DNA from: a virus
Lineage: Duplodnaviria > Caudoviricetes
IMG/VR virus record: IMGVR_UViG_3300042905_005059
Coordinates: 1 to 64,000 of that record
DNA: 64,000 bases
Direction: 5' to 3' (one strand)
The notes under the pieces were generated by a model, which saw only the letters and a list, made by a program, of their open reading frames with translations, searched no databases and had not been told where the DNA came from. Positions 56,165 to 63,998 of this stretch are shown here, in pieces. Both the position numbers and the translations under genes were made by a program. How positions within the stretch are numbered: position 1 is the stretch's first letter; the number at the start of each line of letters is the position of its first letter.

Positions 56165-56982
56165 AGAATATAAGACGAGAACAGCTCTTTGTTATCAATC
56201 AAGAATTTGGGAAAAGATTCATCTATTTGGACTTTAGAAAATTCTGTTTGCTTTTTGCTTAGATTTTCGAGATGAATAAAGAATTTCTTATCTGAAGACA
56301 TGAAGTTGTCAAAATGACTTTTAAACTCTTCAATAGTAGGAAGAGCAGATTTGTCAAATGGCTCTATGCAAGACAAGCTTTTTTCGTAAACTTTTTGATA
56401 TCCACCAAGCCAACTGAAATGCCATCCGCAATTGGTAGCCTTATCGAGAAAGTCTTTATTGTTTCTAAGGGTCTGAGGGGAGTAATTTTTTAACACCTTG
56501 TTGGTGCAGCAAACTGTTCCTATCCATTTTCTATCCGTTGCTTTAAGATTTAAGAAATACGCATAGAAATCCATCTCAATAGAAAAAATTGGATTTTGTT
56601 TTTTAGAAAGGATTTCTGGGGCTAAGGAAATTATTTCAGAGCTTGGTATCTCATCAAGATCAGAAATTAAAACGATATCATCATCATTAGCTTGCAGCGA
56701 AGATATTCCATCTCGAATTTTATTTCTTTGGAAGTTTTCCATTTCCCATAGATTTTTTTCATTAGATGGGCACTCTTCAGCTTTGACTTTTACATGGACA
56801 ATCTTATCTAGGAATTTGGAGAACCTTTTTTTGTTAACATCGAAATATAAAGGTTTAGGTTTTAGGCTTTGAGTAAGCTCGGCTTCCACCAAAACAAACT
56901 TATCAACAGCAGAATCAAGTTCATTTAGTCTTATCTCTAATAAGTCTAGTTCATTAAAAAATGGAAAAGCGTCTATAATCAT
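56161..56982 (-). CDS. GT17 family glycosyltransferase (beta-1,4-GlcNAc transferase-like; 273 aa)
   Basis: DAFPFFNELDLLEIRLNEL...DKFVLVEA, ENFQRN, DIVLISDLDEIP, GWHFSW. Confidence 0.85.
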   Translation of the reverse strand: MIIDAFPFFNELDLLEIRLNELDSAVDKFVLVEAELTQSLKPKPLYFDVNKKRFSKFLDKIVHVKVKAEECPSNEKNLWEMENFQRNKIRDGISSLQANDDDIVLISDLDEIPSSEIISLAPEILSKKQNPIFSIEMDFYAYFLNLKATDRKWIGTVCCTNKVLKNYSPQTLRNNKDFLDKATNCGWHFSWLGGYQKVYEKSLSCIEPFDKSALPTIEEFKSHFDNFMSSDKKFFIHLENLSKKQTEFSKVQIDESFPKFLIDNKELFSSYIL

Positions 56983-57707
56983 ATCTTTTTGTAGGAGAAA
57001 GTCGTGCCAATATCATTTTCTGTTTGATTGAAATATTGAATATTAAAATCTAACCATCCAGTATTTTCATTTAATGGAGAAATTGTTGACATGTCGTTTC
57101 TATTTAAAACTATTTTTTTATTTACTCTTGTGTAACAATTAGCAATCCACATTCCAGCGCCGCTATTGACTCCTATCAGAATAGACGAGCTTGATATGAG
57201 TTTTGCAGTGTCCCACATATTTAATCCAAGTTTATTTATAAATGGAGTCTTTTTATCTTTAGGGCCTCCTATTTGAATTATTTCAAAGTTTTTATATGTT
57301 TGCGCTATATGATCTATAGTAGAATCACTTAAAGTTCCTCCCTCACTTTGACCGGTAGTATGAACAGTAATTCTATCTGGCTTTATTTCTGAGTCTTCAA
57401 ACTTGTATATTCTTGGATGCCTTAAATTGATTTTAAAATTATGGAAACCAAGCCGTTCAAAAGATTTGTGCTTAAAAAACCTTTCTGATGTAGATAGAAA
57501 TCTTTCAGCAGGGAATTGAACAGGCCATAAGTCTATTTTTTCTGAGTACTTGTGATTGCCTCTGACGACATATGGGTTATTATCATAAACCCAGCAATTG
57601 CAAAGATCTAATACCTTTTCTCCAGTATTATCAAAAATTATCTCTGGTAAAGCGGCAAACTGAAGCTTATCTCCAATTCCGGGGCCATTGTTTTCTAATG
57701 CTATCAT
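56979..57707 (-). CDS. GT9-like glycosyltransferase (242 aa)
   Basis: GIGDKLQF, IIQIGG, TAKLISSSSILIGVNSG. Confidence 0.65.
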   Translation of the reverse strand: MIALENNGPGIGDKLQFAALPEIIFDNTGEKVLDLCNCWVYDNNPYVVRGNHKYSEKIDLWPVQFPAERFLSTSERFFKHKSFERLGFHNFKINLRHPRIYKFEDSEIKPDRITVHTTGQSEGGTLSDSTIDHIAQTYKNFEIIQIGGPKDKKTPFINKLGLNMWDTAKLISSSSILIGVNSGAGMWIANCYTRVNKKIVLNRNDMSTISPLNENTGWLDFNIQYFNQTENDIGTTFSYKKI

Positions 57708-57711
57708 TTGT

Positions 57712-58656
57712 TTAACTATTTAGTATGCTTTTATGAGTGTTTACGCTATAGATTCTTCTTATAGCTTGATTATCAAAATCTGTTATTTGAGGAACTAGGA
57801 TATTAGCTTTATTTTTTAGTATTCTTTTCATTAAGTCACATACATATAGATGATCATAATTGAGAGGCAAACATGTCTCTGGGAAAGGCATCCATCTTAT
57901 CTGGTGGCTTAAATAAGGAAAATGAGGATATGCAACTTGCCTGCTCATGCAAAGAGTGGGAACGTCATAGGCGTACCCAGCATATTTTAAACCGCTGTCG
58001 ATAGAGAACATCAATTTTGCTCCAGAGATAACAAGGAAAGCGTTCTTCAAGTCAACGTCTAGAATTTCCACTCTATCGTTATTTTCAAAATCTTTATAAA
58101 AAAATCTTACATCAGCGGTGCATATTAACTTCACTTTGATAAAAGAGCTTGTTTCTTTTATTAGATTGTTTATATATTCTTGCTCTAAGCCGTGGTCGTT
58201 TTTAGAATTAGATACTAAATGAAAAGCAATATAATCTTCTGATGGAGTTATTCTATTAAGATCTGGCTTAGGAAAAAATCTATAATATCTCATCCAGTCG
58301 AAATCAAAATTGCACCATTTCAAAGAATCTATATGCAAATCATAAAACTTATCATAAGACTCCATCTCTGCCCTGATTTCATCTGGTACGTTTTCTAATG
58401 CTCCAATATAAGATTTGTCTAGCCCAAATTGACAATTAATAAAAAAATCTTTATATTTTTTTCTTGGTATTATCTTGATCTCTTTATAGTAAGATGGGTA
58501 AAGCGCTTCTAAGCCTTGCTTTTGAAAAGTCTTACCTTCGCTGTCTATATAAGCGGTTATTTCTGAGTCTGGATACTTCTCTTTTATAGCGTAAACAAAA
58601 CGATTCCCCAAAAGACAATCTCCAAGCCCGCCTTCTAATCTAACTGATATGTTCAT
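57712..58656 (-). CDS. GT9-like glycosyltransferase (314 aa)
   Basis: GGLGDCLL...AIKEKYPDSEI, VISGAKLMFSIDSGLKYAGYAYDVPT. Confidence 0.7.
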   Translation of the reverse strand: MNISVRLEGGLGDCLLGNRFVYAIKEKYPDSEITAYIDSEGKTFQKQGLEALYPSYYKEIKIIPRKKYKDFFINCQFGLDKSYIGALENVPDEIRAEMESYDKFYDLHIDSLKWCNFDFDWMRYYRFFPKPDLNRITPSEDYIAFHLVSNSKNDHGLEQEYINNLIKETSSFIKVKLICTADVRFFYKDFENNDRVEILDVDLKNAFLVISGAKLMFSIDSGLKYAGYAYDVPTLCMSRQVAYPHFPYLSHQIRWMPFPETCLPLNYDHLYVCDLMKRILKNKANILVPQITDFDNQAIRRIYSVNTHKSILNS

Positions 58657-59206
58657 GTTTTTTTAATATTTTAATAAAAGTTTCAGCGACTTCTTCTGGA
58701 GAAAATTGATCCATATATTCTCCTCCTTTTTCATATGAATATGTTGGTCTATTACCTTTTAAATCAGCCAAGAAAAAATGCTGAATGTTTGGATCTCCAA
58801 AATAAGGCTTGCAACAATTAAAACACTGATGAGCGCCAAATAGAATCAACATTGGCTTATTAAATGAGGAAGCCAAATGCATGCAAAAACTATCAATTCC
58901 AAGCAAGAATATAGATTTCTCCATTAGCCAAGCTGTTTGGTTAAATGTTATATTGTCTATTTTTTTACAGCCTTCGTATTCTTTATCTAAGGAATCTACT
59001 TGAATTATATTTATATTTTTAGATTTTAATTCTGGAGAAATTAAAGAAATAACTTCTTGCCATTTTTTATAAAACTTAGCTTCTCCTTTAGAGTGGGGAT
59101 TAAAAAATATAAACTTTCCAAAATCTCCATCGACAAGTTCACTTTGCATGAATGGCTTGTCTATTTTAAGCCCAGAGTATAAAGAATATGCTTCTATGAT
59201 ATGCAT
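58640..59206 (-). CDS. GT9 C-terminal half (188 aa)
   Basis: FFNPHS...KFYKKWQEVI, QTAWLMEKSIFLLGIDSFCMHLASSFNKPMLILFG; no N-terminal GD motif. Confidence 0.8.
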   Translation of the reverse strand: MHIIEAYSLYSGLKIDKPFMQSELVDGDFGKFIFFNPHSKGEAKFYKKWQEVISLISPELKSKNINIIQVDSLDKEYEGCKKIDNITFNQTAWLMEKSIFLLGIDSFCMHLASSFNKPMLILFGAHQCFNCCKPYFGDPNIQHFFLADLKGNRPTYSYEKGGEYMDQFSPEEVAETFIKILKKHEHIS

Positions 59207-59207
59207 T

Positions 59208-59537
59208 TTAATATTTGATATTGAATGCTATTTTGTCTTCTCCATTATGCATGTAAGTCAAGAATCTTTGAGTGGCGGCATGTGGCAAGAAGCAAATATC
59301 AAAATAACCAATATGCTCTCCTATTCCTTCCATGAGTACGAGATTGTCCATGCGCTGATCGTAGTCAATTATTTCGTCTATATAGGGGTTGCCTTTCAAG
59401 ATATCTCGAAACTGAGGGCTGGTGGCAAAATATAATTTATAGTTTTTATAAGTTTCCCTGAGACTTCTTAGCAATGATGTGCATAGTAAAACGTCTCCAG
59501 CGGCGAGTGGCATTACAAAAAGAATTTTTTTATCCAT
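59208..59537 (-). CDS. GT9 N-terminal half (109 aa)
   Basis: KILFVMPLAAGDVLLCTSLLRSLRETY...LYFAT...ILKGNPYIDEII. Confidence 0.8.
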   Translation of the reverse strand: MDKKILFVMPLAAGDVLLCTSLLRSLRETYKNYKLYFATSPQFRDILKGNPYIDEIIDYDQRMDNLVLMEGIGEHIGYFDICFLPHAATQRFLTYMHNGEDKIAFNIKY

Positions 59538-60303
59538 ATTTTTCTATAAGTTCTTTGTCCAATTCGACTTTTACTTTTATGTCTGGATATAGTTTTATCT
59601 TTCCATATTTGCGAATTTCTTCACAAAATAAAATATGCTCGCAGTCGCCATTTGTTCTCCAGTTACAAAAATTTAAAGGATGGCTTTTTATAAATACAAA
59701 GCCGCCGAATGAAGATTTTACTTCTATCGGCTGATCATTGAATAAAGACTGTCTATCAAATATGTTTGCAAATGGATTGCATGACCATATTAATGCGCGA
59801 ACATTATATTGATCGTATAAAGCCGCAACATCATAATAAGAATCTTTACCGCAAATGCATACCTTACATTTTATATTTTGAGAAATATAAGGCGTGTACA
59901 TTACGGTTTCTTCATCTATTTTAGACAGATATTTACTTACTATATCTTTTTCAAAAATAACATCGCTATCAAAAATTATAGAATAATCTGTTTTTATAAG
60001 TCTCCCCAATTCAATCATTCTATTTCTATAGTATGTCATCTTTATCATTCTTGAATCATTTATGACATTGCCTTCTTTTGAGAAAGATATTTTTTCAGAA
60101 AGCAGCTTTCCATCTCTTGAGCTAAGCCAGCTTTTTAATATTTGAACTGTGTTATCTACAGAGTCGTTCTCATAGAAATAATATGAAAAAGATATTTCTG
60201 GATTATTTTTTTCTATATCCTCAAGTTGATTTAATGTTCTATGAATGTAAGACTCCGAATCTCTCCACATAGAAAACACACTAATTTTATTGGCTGCTTG
60301 CAT
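59530..60303 (-). CDS. GT-A fold glycosyltransferase (CAP59/GT2-like; 257 aa)
   Basis: FYENDSVDNT, YRNR, IIFDSDV (DxD), YYDVAAL, VKSSFGGF, CEHILF. Confidence 0.7.
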   Translation of the reverse strand: MQAANKISVFSMWRDSESYIHRTLNQLEDIEKNNPEISFSYYFYENDSVDNTVQILKSWLSSRDGKLLSEKISFSKEGNVINDSRMIKMTYYRNRMIELGRLIKTDYSIIFDSDVIFEKDIVSKYLSKIDEETVMYTPYISQNIKCKVCICGKDSYYDVAALYDQYNVRALIWSCNPFANIFDRQSLFNDQPIEVKSSFGGFVFIKSHPLNFCNWRTNGDCEHILFCEEIRKYGKIKLYPDIKVKVELDKELIEKYG

Positions 60304-60319
60304 TTCTTGAGATATAGTT

Positions 60320-60349
60320 ATTTTACGATTAAGCCTATTGAAAAGTCAA
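60320..60349 (-). promoter_or_regulatory. Possible sigma70-type promoter for the main glycan operon
   Basis: Minus strand TTGACT-18 nt-TAAAAT, 16 nt upstream of ATG 60303, in a 65-nt intergenic gap. Confidence 0.55.
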
Positions 60350-60368
60350 GATTCTTTTAGTTAACATT

Positions 60369-61157
60369 TTATACAATGTTTTCATTCATAAATTGAATTA
60401 CTTTATCTTTTTCTTTTTCAAAAGTGGTTAGTCTATAAACTTTCATGACGCCATCTTTTTCGTATTGATTAATAAACATGGCATCCGTTGCTTCATCTTT
60501 CGGGCGTCCAACTATGCAAATTGTATTAATTCTTTGCATCGAAGACATTGATTTAAAACAACTATCTGAGCCTATTAAAGTTTTGCAATACTTTACTGCG
60601 GACAAACTATGTAGAATGTTTTTAAAGCTAACAAACTTTACATTTTCAGATTCTTTCAAACCATAATTAGAAAAATCTTTTGCAGATCCAAAAATTAAAT
60701 AATTTCTATCATTATCATTGATGATTTTTTGAACTACATCAGCAGGGATTTCTTTAGCTGGCAAATTAAAATGATCATATACAGAACAAGAAAACTGACT
60801 TATAAACGGATGGATTCCTATAATGTCTTTTTTAACAGGAAATGAGTTTACAAAATTTTCTGCGACTGAGTTGGCTTCATCCCCAAAATCTAGCTCAGAA
60901 TAAAAAGCTCTAGGAGTTTCTGATATGTTTTTCTGGTCTTCGTCTGCATGGTTAGCCTTTATAAGATCTACTTGATCATTATGACTATCTATATCATTAA
61001 AATTATAAAAATGACAATTTGAAACGCCTAGGTGGTCGAATATATCTTTTGCGTTTTCAAAATGTGTATGAACCAAATATTCACTGTTTGGATTATTTTT
61101 AATAAACCAAAAATTTTGAAGCAAATCCCCCACACCGCCTCTGACGTAAAATTTCAT
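60369..61157 (-). CDS. GT9-like glycosyltransferase (262 aa)
   Basis: GGVGDLLQ, IIGIHPF, YLIFGS, AVKYCKTLIGSDSCF. Confidence 0.65.
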   Translation of the reverse strand: MKFYVRGGVGDLLQNFWFIKNNPNSEYLVHTHFENAKDIFDHLGVSNCHFYNFNDIDSHNDQVDLIKANHADEDQKNISETPRAFYSELDFGDEANSVAENFVNSFPVKKDIIGIHPFISQFSCSVYDHFNLPAKEIPADVVQKIINDNDRNYLIFGSAKDFSNYGLKESENVKFVSFKNILHSLSAVKYCKTLIGSDSCFKSMSSMQRINTICIVGRPKDEATDAMFINQYEKDGVMKVYRLTTFEKEKDKVIQFMNENIV

Positions 61158-61172
61158 ATAGTTAGAATGTAT

Positions 61173-61212
61173 TAGGGCCTAACTATGGAAATTTCCATAA
61201 AATTAGGCCCTA
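61173..61212. repeat. 40-nt near-perfect inverted repeat downstream of nrdJ
   Basis: TAGGGCCTAA-C-TATGGAAATTTCCATA-AAA-TTAGGCCCTA: 10-nt outer arms plus a perfect 16-nt inner palindrome. Terminator role uncertain (no U-tract on the transcribed strand). Confidence 0.85.
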
Positions 61213-61233
61213 GTTTTGTAAATTTCTATGTAA

Positions 61234-63204
61234 TTAGCGAACTGGGCAAGCGCCGCTGGAGCATTCTGCCATATCTAACATTTCAGAGCTGCTGATCGCC
61301 AAGGAGTCGACGGATTTAATTTTAGCCATAGCTAAACGATAAGTCTCTTCATCAATTTCTTGGTATGGAGCTTGTTTGAATCCGTGATTCTTAAACAACA
61401 AGAAACTTACGCTTTTAATGTTATGCTCGTAATTGTCTTTCAGCCAAAGCTTAAGGGACTCAAGTTCTTCGGGTTTGTAATAAGCGGTAACAGAAACTGC
61501 GTTGTCTGACCAATCGGTTTGAAGCTTCTTGACCATGTCCAGTTGCTTTAGGACATCCATGTCCTTGGCTAGAATAGATCCTTCTGGGGTTTTGCATGGG
61601 AAGTAAACAACCACTGTGTCTCGGTTCTCGGTTCCGTCAAAGTTAATAAGGAACTCAACATGATAACCAATATCTTTGCAGTTCTGGACTAGAGCGTCAG
61701 AGCTAGACATGCGCACAGTACGCATATAATACTCGCTAAACGCTGGGTGAACGCCGGGAGTAGCGCCGCCAAGAAGGCTTAGCGTTCCAGAAGGCTTGAT
61801 AGTCGTGAGTTTAATGCTTTCAGGCCAGCCGCGAAGCTTGCTCCAAGAGCAATCAAAAGAACGCAAAGCAACATAACAACTATCAAGCCAATCAAGCTTG
61901 TGTAAAGACTGGCAAACGCCAGTAATGCCAAGACCGAGCCGCATGTTCTTGTGAACAATTTTATTAGTTTCTTCATGTATGAACGGCAAAGAGGCGATGG
62001 CTTTTTGTGTTTTGTAAAGAAGAATAGAGCAATCAATTAGCTCTTCTTTTGATGTAATGTTATTTAGATAAAGCTCACTGAGATTACAGCATTCGTAGTT
62101 AGAAAGACTAATCTCGGCGCAAGGATTTGTCATTTCGCAATTGTCAGTGTCTGTTGGATACATCAAGTTGTCTGACATGGGGCCGTCCTTGATGCGGCCA
62201 AATTTCTGAGACAATGGCAAATTAAAGAAACCGTAAGGTTCTCCATTAGCGTAACCACTGTCTTTATTTATTTCATATCCATTCTTCCAAATTTCTTCAA
62301 GCACATGATCGTAACTATCTGCGTAGATAGTATTGTTGCTCATTGCTCTCCAGTTAGGCACATTGCCAGTTCCCCAATTCTTAGCCCGGAGATAAAGAAT
62401 GTCGTCTGGATCGCCTAGAGCAATCTCAGCGCTTCTGCGGACGTTGCCTGCAACGACAACGCTTCCAATAATGTTGCAAATATCAAGAACATCAATAGAT
62501 CTTAATTTTTTTCCTTCTCTTGATTGGAATATTTTTGAGATCTTAACGATTCCATCAATAAGGACTTGTGGACCGCTAGCTTTCCCGCCAAAACCCTTGA
62601 TTGGCTCTCCGTATCCTCTGATGAGGATGGTTGAGTAAGAAAAAGACTTACCTGTAACATAAAAAGCTTCCAAAGTTTTTGAAAGCAAATTAACCCAACC
62701 TTCGCGTTTGTCTGGAACAATGTAATCAGCGTCTTTAGATCCTTCATGAATAACCTTTACACCTTTCTTAATTTTTGGAAGCTCATGCACATCTTCTCTG
62801 CGTATGCTGTACCCAACCCCGCCTCCGAGCATCAAGTTCTCAAATAAAAACAAAAATGCATTCGGCTCTCTCATAGCTACTGCCCAGCAATTAAGCAAAC
62901 TATTCGCACCGAATCTATCTACAGTGGAAGTCCCAAGCTGCCAAAGCATTCGGCCCGCAAAATTACATTTAAGATTAAAAACATAATCATAAATTCTCTC
63001 TGCTTCAGATTCTGTATAACCAGCGCCGATCTTTTGGGCTCCGTTGATGCATCTCTCTACGGTTTCGTACCACTCTTCAGAGACGCCGTCTTCTTTGATT
63101 CTTGCGTAGGTTCTTTTATATACTATATATCCTAACCCATTAAATCCCCAGTTAGGTTGTTTGTTTTTATATTTATTTACAAATTCTTTAGATAATACAT
63201 TCAT
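61234..63204 (-). CDS. nrdJ: Class II (adenosylcobalamin-dependent) ribonucleotide reductase (656 aa)
   Basis: LLNCW, GGGVG, GNVRRSA, TNPCAEI, ECCNL, TTIKPSGTLSLL, C-terminal ECSSGACPVR. Start taken as ATG 63204 rather than TTG 63258. Confidence 0.93.
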   Translation of the reverse strand: MNVLSKEFVNKYKNKQPNWGFNGLGYIVYKRTYARIKEDGVSEEWYETVERCINGAQKIGAGYTESEAERIYDYVFNLKCNFAGRMLWQLGTSTVDRFGANSLLNCWAVAMREPNAFLFLFENLMLGGGVGYSIRREDVHELPKIKKGVKVIHEGSKDADYIVPDKREGWVNLLSKTLEAFYVTGKSFSYSTILIRGYGEPIKGFGGKASGPQVLIDGIVKISKIFQSREGKKLRSIDVLDICNIIGSVVVAGNVRRSAEIALGDPDDILYLRAKNWGTGNVPNWRAMSNNTIYADSYDHVLEEIWKNGYEINKDSGYANGEPYGFFNLPLSQKFGRIKDGPMSDNLMYPTDTDNCEMTNPCAEISLSNYECCNLSELYLNNITSKEELIDCSILLYKTQKAIASLPFIHEETNKIVHKNMRLGLGITGVCQSLHKLDWLDSCYVALRSFDCSWSKLRGWPESIKLTTIKPSGTLSLLGGATPGVHPAFSEYYMRTVRMSSSDALVQNCKDIGYHVEFLINFDGTENRDTVVVYFPCKTPEGSILAKDMDVLKQLDMVKKLQTDWSDNAVSVTAYYKPEELESLKLWLKDNYEHNIKSVSFLLFKNHGFKQAPYQEIDEETYRLAMAKIKSVDSLAISSSEMLDMAECSSGACPVR

Positions 63205-63226
63205 AGATCGAAAGGTAGGATCAGTT

Positions 63227-63242
63227 ACACAACTTGTAGCGA
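63227..63242 (-). promoter_or_regulatory. Candidate NrdR box upstream of nrdJ
   Basis: Minus strand tcgCTACAAGTTGTGT versus consensus acaCwAtATaTwGtgt; single copy, 22 nt upstream of the ATG. Confidence 0.35.
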
Positions 63243-63250
63243 AATTGGAA

Positions 63251-63625
63251 TTAGTCAAGGTTAATGTTTGGGAGTTCTGATGGATTGACTTTGCTTTTAT
63301 ATTTCATGCCTTTTCTTTTCTTGGAGTATTTTTCCTCAGCTTTTTTGCGGAGAGGGTCTGTGCCTCCATATTTAGAAGCTCTTTTTTTGCTTAATTCTTC
63401 TGAGTAATCCCATATCTCGCCAAGAGTGCCTTTCATTCTGCCTGTTTTTTCTACAAATTTTGACGATGAGTCTACGTCAAATTCCGTATCTATTTGAGCA
63501 TTAGGTACAGTAAATACTCTTTCATACTTAATTCCATCTTCAGAGTAATTATGCTCGTCATTCATTCCTTGAAAAACTGAAATGACTTTTCCTGTTTTTG
63601 GATTTTTAAAAAGATAAAGTGGCAT
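63251..63625 (-). CDS. FmdB-like zinc-ribbon-derived protein without Cys (124 aa)
   Basis: MPLYLFKNPKTG resembles the MP.Y.Y.C..CG start of FmdB-like proteins; basic C-terminus. Confidence 0.5.
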   Translation of the reverse strand: MPLYLFKNPKTGKVISVFQGMNDEHNYSEDGIKYERVFTVPNAQIDTEFDVDSSSKFVEKTGRMKGTLGEIWDYSEELSKKRASKYGGTDPLRKKAEEKYSKKRKGMKYKSKVNPSELPNINLD

Positions 63626-63626
63626 A

Positions 63627-63998
63627 TTAAATTAAAGATAGAAGTTTCTTTGCAGTATCAGAGTAAGTAAATTTATCTTGAAGTTTAAGCCCTTCATGAT
63701 TAAGCCTGTCTTTCTCTACTCTTTGGATAGCTTGTTCGCACCCAGCAATAAATTCATCTTCACTAAAATCAAAAATGTTACCTTGATTAAATGGAGTGCC
63801 TTTGGAGAAAAACTTACCATCATAAACTTCAGTCTTTCCCATTGGCTCTACAAGTACAGAGTTATCTTTGTTAGCCCATTCCTTGTAGGCAGTAGCATTC
63901 AAAATTACAGCATGCTTGCCCAAAGCAACAGACTGAAACTCTGGCAATCCCCATCCTTCTGCGCCAGACATTCCAATAATAATATCTGCTGAATTTAA
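63627..63998 (-). CDS. GT4-like glycosyltransferase, C-terminal part (5'-truncated by window edge)
   Basis: Frame is open to the window end (LNSADIIIGMSGAEGWGLPEFQSVALGK); ADI...EG.GLP motif, FTYS.TAKKL ending. Confidence 0.8.
   Translation of the reverse strand, partial: LNSADIIIGMSGAEGWGLPEFQSVALGKHAVILNATAYKEWANKDNSVLVEPMGKTEVYDGKFFSKGTPFNQGNIFDFSEDEFIAGCEQAIQRVEKDRLNHEGLKLQDKFTYSDTAKKLLSLI

Noticed and set aside
48350-63204. Inteins or homing endonucleases in dnaB, recA, nrdJ
   Set aside because: Lengths and motif spacing are those of uninterrupted proteins; no LAGLIDADG/HNH/GIY-YIG motifs noticed.
63205-63260. Cobalamin riboswitch upstream of nrdJ
   Set aside because: Only 46 intergenic nt, far too short, and no conserved B12-box recognised.
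418-63992. The many 60-117 aa ORFs nested antisense or out of frame within long genes
   Set aside because: They overlap well-supported genes, show no motifs and are the expected shadows of dense coding sequence; none has an evident promoter or coupling junction.
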